A model generated the notes under the pieces. The model made no database searches, was not told where the DNA came from, and worked only from the letters and a program-made list of their open reading frames with translations. Below are positions 58,357-64,000 of a stretch of 64,000 nucleotides of DNA, piece by piece; position 1 is the first letter of the stretch; every line of letters starts with the position of its first letter. The stretch comes from Pedosphaera sp. (GTDB taxonomy: Bacteria; Verrucomicrobiota; Verrucomicrobiia; Limisphaerales; SIBH01). Position numbers and translations under genes: made by a program. The stretch spans positions 1 to 64,000 of the forward strand of contig JANOQV010000123.1 in NCBI GenBank assembly GCA_031414955.1, given 5' to 3'.

Positions 58357-59202
58357 ATGACCGCCAGTCCAAAACCAAGCGATGAAATCCAGGGCATGAA
58401 CTGGCTCGACCGCACGCTCGCGACGCCCGCCGAAAACCTGGCCTGCGACGAGGCATTGCTGGATCTCTGCGAAAACGAGGGCGTGGAAATACTGCGCTTC
58501 TGGGAGTCGCACCAGCCTTTTGTGGTGGTCGGTTACGGCAACCGCGTGGCGGCGGAGGTGAACGTCGAGGCCTGTCGGCGGCGCGGCGTGCCCATCCTGC
58601 GGCGGTGCAGCGGCGGCGGCACCGTGGTGCAGGGACCGGGATGTTTGAATTACAGTCTCACGCTGCGCATTCCGGAGAGCGGGCCGCTGACCACGGTGGC
58701 GGGCACAAATCAATTCGTGATGGAGCGGAACCGGTCAGCTCTGGAGGGACTTCTGGACCTGGCGGTGACAGTGCAAGGGCACACGGATCTGGCCTTCGCA
58801 GGAGTTGAGAGTTCAGCGCTGGGAGTGGCAGGCCACGAGCCTTGTCGAACCAACAACTCCCGACCTTCAACCCTCAACACCGGTCCGGCCTGGCTCAAGT
58901 TTTCCGGCAACGCCCAGCGCCGCCGCCGCCAGTCGCTCCTCTTCCACGGCACCATCCTCCACCAATTCGATCTTTCACTGATCGAGGCCTTGCTCCGGTT
59001 CCCCAGCGCCCAACCCGGTTATCGCGCGGATCGCAGTCACGCCAGTTTTGTCCGCAACATCCCTTCTGATCGCCAAGGCATCCAGGCCGCCTTGAGCGCA
59101 GCATGGCAGGTGAAGACCCCATTTGAGCCTGTGCCTGTCGAACGCATCGGGGTGCTCTGCGCCGCCCAATACGAAAACGAAGCGTGGACGTTGGGCCGGT
59201 GA
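58357..59202 (+). CDS. Lipoate-protein ligase family protein
   Basis: NLACDEALL, LRFWE, RRCSGGGTV, KFSGNAQ, HGTIL; divergent from aceE. Confidence 0.88.
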   Translation: MTASPKPSDEIQGMNWLDRTLATPAENLACDEALLDLCENEGVEILRFWESHQPFVVVGYGNRVAAEVNVEACRRRGVPILRRCSGGGTVVQGPGCLNYSLTLRIPESGPLTTVAGTNQFVMERNRSALEGLLDLAVTVQGHTDLAFAGVESSALGVAGHEPCRTNNSRPSTLNTGPAWLKFSGNAQRRRRQSLLFHGTILHQFDLSLIEALLRFPSAQPGYRADRSHASFVRNIPSDRQGIQAALSAAWQVKTPFEPVPVERIGVLCAAQYENEAWTLGR

Positions 59203-59264
59203 AATTAAAGCCGCTCGAACCGGCCGCCGGGCCTGAGGCAAGGAGACGGGCAAACTTCCCCGGT

Positions 59265-60215
59265 TCACTTCACCGCCGCCGCCGTCACGATCTCGGCCGT
59301 CAATTCGTCCGGCGTCCATTCGTTGCCGAGGAAGACTTTTTGCACCCGGCCGCGCGTATCAATGACCACGGTGCGCAGCGTGTGGTTGGGCAACCCGCCC
59401 GGCGTGTCACGGTAGAAGACCATGCCGAACTGCTCGGTGATGGCGTCGATGTTCCACATGTCGCTGGTGGCCAGTTGCCAGTGGTTGGTGTCCAGGTTGT
59501 AAGGCGTGGCGTACTTGGCGAGGCGCGCGGGCGTGTCCCACTCCGGGTCGAAGGAGAGGCCCAGCAGCGACCAGTTCTTCGGGCCATCGGCCATCGATTT
59601 CAACGAACTCTGCGTCTTCTGGAAATGCTGGAACATGCGCGGGCAGAAAGTGGGGAACGGGCAGCGGGTGAAGATGAAAGTGAAGGCCAGCGCCCGGCCT
59701 TTGTATTGCGCGAACGAGATGGGCTGGCCGAGGTGATTGGTGAATTTGTAATCGGGAATGGCCTCGCCAATGTTCAGCGGCTCGACGATGGGCGCGCGTC
59801 GGAAAGTCGCGGCGTTGGTCGAGGAGGGCGTGGGAAGATTCAGCACCTGGCCGGCATTGGTCGGGGTGGGCGGAGGGAGCTTGCGCACGTTCTCGATCCA
59901 GCCGTCATCGCTGGTCACAACCATGCGGAAGAGAAGCGCGTCGCCCGGCATCAAGCCGGCCAGTTCGCGCTTGTCTTTGACCTCAAAGTCCATGGTCATG
60001 GCGGCCATGTAGTTGGGAATTTCCTCGTGCGTGATCTCGGCCACGCGACCGTTGGGTTTGATCTCCTTGAGCAGCCCGCGCACTTCAAACACCTGGCGAT
60101 TGGTGTTGCTGACGGATGATTGCTTTTCCGTTGGTTTGATTTCGCAGCCGCAAACCAGGAACGACAAAACGGCGACCAGTGCGCCGGACCCAAGGTTAAT
60201 TCCAAACATAGACAT
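59265..60215 (-). CDS. SCO-family lipoprotein with an N-terminal CusF-like copper-binding domain
   Basis: Lipobox LVCGC; HEEIPNYMAAMTMDF; FTRCPFPTFCP (CxxxxxC variant); HTLRT. Confidence 0.85.
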   Translation of the reverse strand: MSMFGINLGSGALVAVLSFLVCGCEIKPTEKQSSVSNTNRQVFEVRGLLKEIKPNGRVAEITHEEIPNYMAAMTMDFEVKDKRELAGLMPGDALLFRMVVTSDDGWIENVRKLPPPTPTNAGQVLNLPTPSSTNAATFRRAPIVEPLNIGEAIPDYKFTNHLGQPISFAQYKGRALAFTFIFTRCPFPTFCPRMFQHFQKTQSSLKSMADGPKNWSLLGLSFDPEWDTPARLAKYATPYNLDTNHWQLATSDMWNIDAITEQFGMVFYRDTPGGLPNHTLRTVVIDTRGRVQKVFLGNEWTPDELTAEIVTAAAVK

Positions 60216-60295
60216 TCGGACGAAGACTGGAGTGCGGGCGTTCAAGAGCGCAAGCGTTCTTGCCACGCGCAGCGGCCCGGTGGTTAATTCGCGCC

Positions 60296-60733
60296 GTGCC
60301 CGAACCGCGTCCCAGCCAGAGCGCCGAGGATTACCTGGAGCGAATCCACGAGTTGATCCAGGAGAAGGGCTACGCCCGCGTGGTCGATATTGCCTCCTCG
60401 CTCAAAGTCCGCGAGGCCTCCGTGACCAGCATGGTGCAGAAACTCGATGAACTGGGCTTCGTGAACTACGTGAAATATCGCGGCCTCGTGCTCACCGACA
60501 AGGGGCGCGAAGTGGCCCGCGGTATTCGCAACCGCCACGAGACGCTCTCCCGTTTTTTTTCCCTGCTCGGCTTGAGCGCGGACATCCAGCAGCAGGACAT
60601 CGAGGGCATCGAACATCACCTCAGCCCGGCTACGGTGGAAGTGCTGGCCGACTTGGCAAAGTTTTTTGAGGACAATCCCTCGGTGCTGAAACACTTCGAC
60701 GAATCGCGCCGGAGGCCCGGCAAGGCTGCTTGA
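60296..60733 (+). CDS. mntR: DtxR/MntR-family metal-dependent transcriptional regulator
   Basis: SAEDYLERI, ARVVDIA, SVTSMVQKL, RHETLSRFF, DIEGIEHHLS. Confidence 0.88.
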   Translation: MPEPRPSQSAEDYLERIHELIQEKGYARVVDIASSLKVREASVTSMVQKLDELGFVNYVKYRGLVLTDKGREVARGIRNRHETLSRFFSLLGLSADIQQQDIEGIEHHLSPATVEVLADLAKFFEDNPSVLKHFDESRRRPGKAA

Positions 60734-61032
60734 AGCACACCCGCGCGCAGAACTGGGGCCGCATCTTCGACATCGGCTCCACCATCGGCGTTGGCTCCGC
60801 CACCCTGACCATGAGATTCAGCGGCTTCACCACCAACCTGGTGGTTTCCGTCTGTTACCGATTCCAACTCGTTGGAACCCCCGGCCTGACCTACAGCATC
60901 CAGACGGCCCCTCAAGTGACCGGTCCTTGGACGACCATCGGCAGCGTGGTGGCCTCGCCCAGCGGCATCATTGACTACGAAGACACCTTCAATCGTGGCC
61001 CGCAGGCCTTCTACCGCGCCGTGTCGCCGTAA
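60730..61032 (+). pseudogene. Probable remnant of a secreted protein (C-terminal FYR-type domain)
   Basis: TTG start, no signal peptide; GLTYSIQ...GPWTTI...QAFYRAVSP; followed by a terminator. Confidence 0.45.
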
Positions 61033-61052
61033 GAGCATCCGCGTTCCTTCCC

Positions 61053-61085
61053 GCCCGCCCCGCAGATCGCGGGGCGGGCTTTTTC
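61053..61085 (+). terminator. Intrinsic terminator
   Basis: gcccgccccgc-agatc-gcggggcgggc followed by ttttt. Confidence 0.75.
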
Positions 61086-61143
61086 TGCGGCAGCTCTCGG
61101 AAACCGGCTTCCCTGCCGGGCGTCCAGTCGTTAGCCTCCGGCC

Positions 61144-64000
61144 ATGTCCAGTTCATCGAGCACCCGTCTTGGCTTGTGGCTCTGCGTCGCCGCGGCCGCC
61201 TGGCCATTTGTGGTCAGGGCGGACGAGGTTGAATTCTTTGAGAAGCGCGTGCGGCCGGTGCTGGTCGAGCGCTGCTACGAATGCCACGGCGAGAAGAAGC
61301 AGAAAGGCGGATTGCGGCTCGACAGCGCGGCGGCGGTGACGAAGGGCGGCGACAGCGGCGCGGCGCTCGTGCCGGGTCAGCCGGAGAAGTCGTTGCTCAT
61401 CAAAGTCATTTCGTGGAGCGATCCCGACTTGCAGATGCCGCCGAAGAACAAACTGCCCGACGCGGAAATTGCCACGCTCACCGAGTGGGTGAAGATGGGT
61501 GCCCTGGACCCGCGCACGAATCTTCAATCTGAAATCTCGAATCTCAAATCCCCGCTGACCAACCACTGGGCCTACCAGCCGTTGAAGAAGTCCGGGCCGC
61601 CGGCCACGAAAGATTCCTCGTGGCCGCGCGCGGACATTGACCGTTTCATTCTGGCAAAACTGGACGCGGAACAGATTCGGCCCAACTCCGACGCCGATCG
61701 GGCCACGCTCTTGCGCCGCGCCTACTTTGACTTGATCGGCCTGCCGCCGCCGCCGGAGCAAATCGATGACTTCGCGAATGACAAGTCGCCCGACGCGTTC
61801 GCGCGCGTCGTGGATCGGTTGCTGGCGTCGCCGGAGTTCGGCGAGCGTTGGGGGCGGCACTGGCTCGATGTCGTGCGCTACGCCGAGTCGGTCACGTTGC
61901 GCGGTTTTGTTTTCAAGGAGGCGTGGCGCTATCGCGACTATGTCATCGAGTCGTTCAACGAGGATTTGCCGTTCGACCAATTCATCCGCGAGCAGATCGC
62001 GGGCGACTTGCTGGACTCGAAAAGCATTGCTGAGAAACGCCGCCGGATGATCGCCACCACCTTCCTCGCGCTCGGCAACACCAACCTCGAAGAGCAAGAC
62101 AAGGCGCAGCTCCGCATGGACATCGTGGACGAACAGCTCGACACCATTGGCAAGGCGTTCCTCGCCCAGACCATCGGCTGCGCACGTTGCCACGATCACA
62201 AGTTCGATCCCATTCCCACGCACGACTACTACGCGATGGCGGGCATTCTGCGGAGCACGAAGACGGTCACAAACGCGAACGTCTCCGGCTGGCAGGAACT
62301 GCCGCTGCCCGTCGAGCCGGAGCAGGAGAAAGTTTTCACCGCCCACGAGCGGCAGGTCGCCGCATTGCAGAAGGAGCTCAAGACCGCGAAGGACGCTGCG
62401 AAAGCGTTGGCGGGAAAAAATTCCGATCCGAAAGCGGGGCGCGATGTTCAGCCCGCCGTCGTCGCAGCCAGTGCGTTGCCCGGCCTCGTCGTGGACAGCG
62501 CGCAGGCCAAGGCCGTGGGCGCGTGGAAACATTCGCAGTTCTCCAAGCACTACATCGGCGACGGCTACGTGCATGACGACATGAACGGGAAGGGCGAGAA
62601 CACGCTGACCTTCCAGCCGGACTTGAAGAAAGCGGGCCGCTACGAAGTGCGCTTCGCCTATCAGCATGGCGACACGCGCGCGACGAATGTGCCGGTCACC
62701 GTCTTTCACGCGGACGGCGAGACGACGGTGCTCGTGAACGAGCGGGAAGCGCCGGTGCTCGACGGGCGTTTCGTGTCGCTCGGCCAGTTTCTTTTCGAGG
62801 GCAACGGCTTCGGCTACGCGCTCGTCTCGAACGAAGGCACTCATGGATATGTCACGGCGGATGCGGTGCAATTCCTGCCGACGGAGGTTGTGGAAATCGC
62901 CCCGCCCACTTCGGACGCCAAGAAAAAGCCGGGCAAGAAAGCCGACACGGTGAACGTCTCCGCTGAATTGAAATCGCTCGAAGCGAAGCTGAAACAACTT
63001 CAGGAGTCCGGGCCGAAGCGCCCGCTGGTCATGTCCGTGCGCGAGGAGGAAAAGATTGAGGACACGTTCGTCCATGTGCGCGGCAGCGTTCACAATCTTG
63101 GAGCGAAAGCGCCGCGCGGTTTCTTGCAAGTCGCGACGCTCGGCACGCCGCCCCTCGTGCCTGAGAAACAGAGCGGCCGCCGCGAGTTCGCCGACTGGAT
63201 CGCCAGCCCAGAAAACCCGCTCACCGCGCGTGTGCTCGTCAACCGCACCTGGCACTGGCTGTTCGGCGCGGGACTGGTTCGCACCACGGACAATTTCGGC
63301 ACGATGGGCGAGATCCCGTCGCATCCTGAACTGCTCGATCACCTCGCCGCGCAATTCATCGCGCACGGGTGGTCCGTAAAGACGCTCGTGCGAGAGATCA
63401 TGCTGTCGCGCACGTATCAGCTCGGCTCGCAGGTGGATGGCCTCGCGCTGCGAGGCCATGCGCTCGCAGCGCGAACGCTCCCACCTGATCCCGAGAACCG
63501 CCTGTTCTGGCGAGCGAACCGCCGTCGGCTCGACGCCGAGTGCCTTCGCGACACCATGCTTTCGGTCAGCGGACAGTTGAGCAGCGAGCGCGGCGGGCCG
63601 TCGTTCAAGGCCACGCAATCGGCGGACTACGGATTCAATTTCACCGAACCGCGCCGCAGCGTTTATGTGCCGGCTTTCCGCAACGCGTTGCCGGAAATTT
63701 TCGAGGCCTTCGACTTCGCTGACCCCAGCATGGTCGTGGGTGTGCGCAACGTCAGCACCGTCGCGCTGCAGGCGTTGTTCCTGATGAATCATCCGTTCGT
63801 GCGCGAGCAGGCGAAGCTCGCCGCGCAGCGGTTGCTGGCGGAAAAATTGCCGGACGATGACGCGCGCCTGAACCGCGCCTGCCGTCTCGCCCTGGGGCGT
63901 GCGCCAACCGATGGGGAAAAATCTGTGGCAAATAAATGTCTGGGCGGAGAGACCGACGTCCTCACGGCGTGGACAGATCTCTTTCACGCGCTTTTCGCCT
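61144..64000 (+). CDS. Planctomycete-type cytochrome c / DUF1549 / DUF1553 (PSD1) protein, truncated at the right edge
   Basis: Absent from the ORF track because it has no stop; translation MSSSSSTRL...FFEKRVRPVLVERCYECHG, HWAY, FGERWGRHWLDVVRYAES, CARCHDHKFDP, NPLTARVLVNR. Confidence 0.92.
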   Translation, partial: MSSSSSTRLGLWLCVAAAAWPFVVRADEVEFFEKRVRPVLVERCYECHGEKKQKGGLRLDSAAAVTKGGDSGAALVPGQPEKSLLIKVISWSDPDLQMPPKNKLPDAEIATLTEWVKMGALDPRTNLQSEISNLKSPLTNHWAYQPLKKSGPPATKDSSWPRADIDRFILAKLDAEQIRPNSDADRATLLRRAYFDLIGLPPPPEQIDDFANDKSPDAFARVVDRLLASPEFGERWGRHWLDVVRYAESVTLRGFVFKEAWRYRDYVIESFNEDLPFDQFIREQIAGDLLDSKSIAEKRRRMIATTFLALGNTNLEEQDKAQLRMDIVDEQLDTIGKAFLAQTIGCARCHDHKFDPIPTHDYYAMAGILRSTKTVTNANVSGWQELPLPVEPEQEKVFTAHERQVAALQKELKTAKDAAKALAGKNSDPKAGRDVQPAVVAASALPGLVVDSAQAKAVGAWKHSQFSKHYIGDGYVHDDMNGKGENTLTFQPDLKKAGRYEVRFAYQHGDTRATNVPVTVFHADGETTVLVNEREAPVLDGRFVSLGQFLFEGNGFGYALVSNEGTHGYVTADAVQFLPTEVVEIAPPTSDAKKKPGKKADTVNVSAELKSLEAKLKQLQESGPKRPLVMSVREEEKIEDTFVHVRGSVHNLGAKAPRGFLQVATLGTPPLVPEKQSGRREFADWIASPENPLTARVLVNRTWHWLFGAGLVRTTDNFGTMGEIPSHPELLDHLAAQFIAHGWSVKTLVREIMLSRTYQLGSQVDGLALRGHALAARTLPPDPENRLFWRANRRRLDAECLRDTMLSVSGQLSSERGGPSFKATQSADYGFNFTEPRRSVYVPAFRNALPEIFEAFDFADPSMVVGVRNVSTVALQALFLMNHPFVREQAKLAAQRLLAEKLPDDDARLNRACRLALGRAPTDGEKSVANKCLGGETDVLTAWTDLFHALFA

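Noticed and set aside
61153..63987. 944 aa minus-strand ORF
   Set aside because: Antisense to the DUF1549/DUF1553 gene, which has clear CxxCH and family motifs on the plus strand.

Overview
GC-rich bacterial chromosomal window, most consistent with Verrucomicrobiota (PVC superphylum); this assignment is inferred from gene content (exosortase/EpsI/PEP-CTERM, kinase-linked ECF sigma factors, a DUF1549/DUF1553 cytochrome c protein). Housekeeping genes (pheS, pheT, rplT, rpmI, tilS, aceE, lipoate ligase, cobA-hemD, EPS/exosortase, sugar catabolism) alternate with accessory blocks. Main observations: (1) Two paralogous ECF sigma factor + membrane Ser/Thr kinase modules, each with its own bipartite promoter-like motif in front of the kinase gene and nearby target genes, mostly encoding secreted proteins. 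Module 1 uses TGCAACC-N14-CCTCTGA (2 copies). Module 2 uses TGTAACC-N14-C(G/T)(G/T)TGG(G/T)AA (4 copies, three inside a near-identical 39-47 bp repeat). (2) Module 2 and its putative regulon form a ~19.5 kb island between rplT and pheS. (3) pheS and pheT are separated by two MenT/AbiEii-like nucleotidyltransferase genes and three small proteins, two of which are paralogues. (4) A MITE-like element, REP-like palindromes, and heptamer repeats inserted in frame in coding genes. No rRNA, tRNA or CRISPR array was recognised. All calls come from reading the sequence and translations by eye; no database searches were run.
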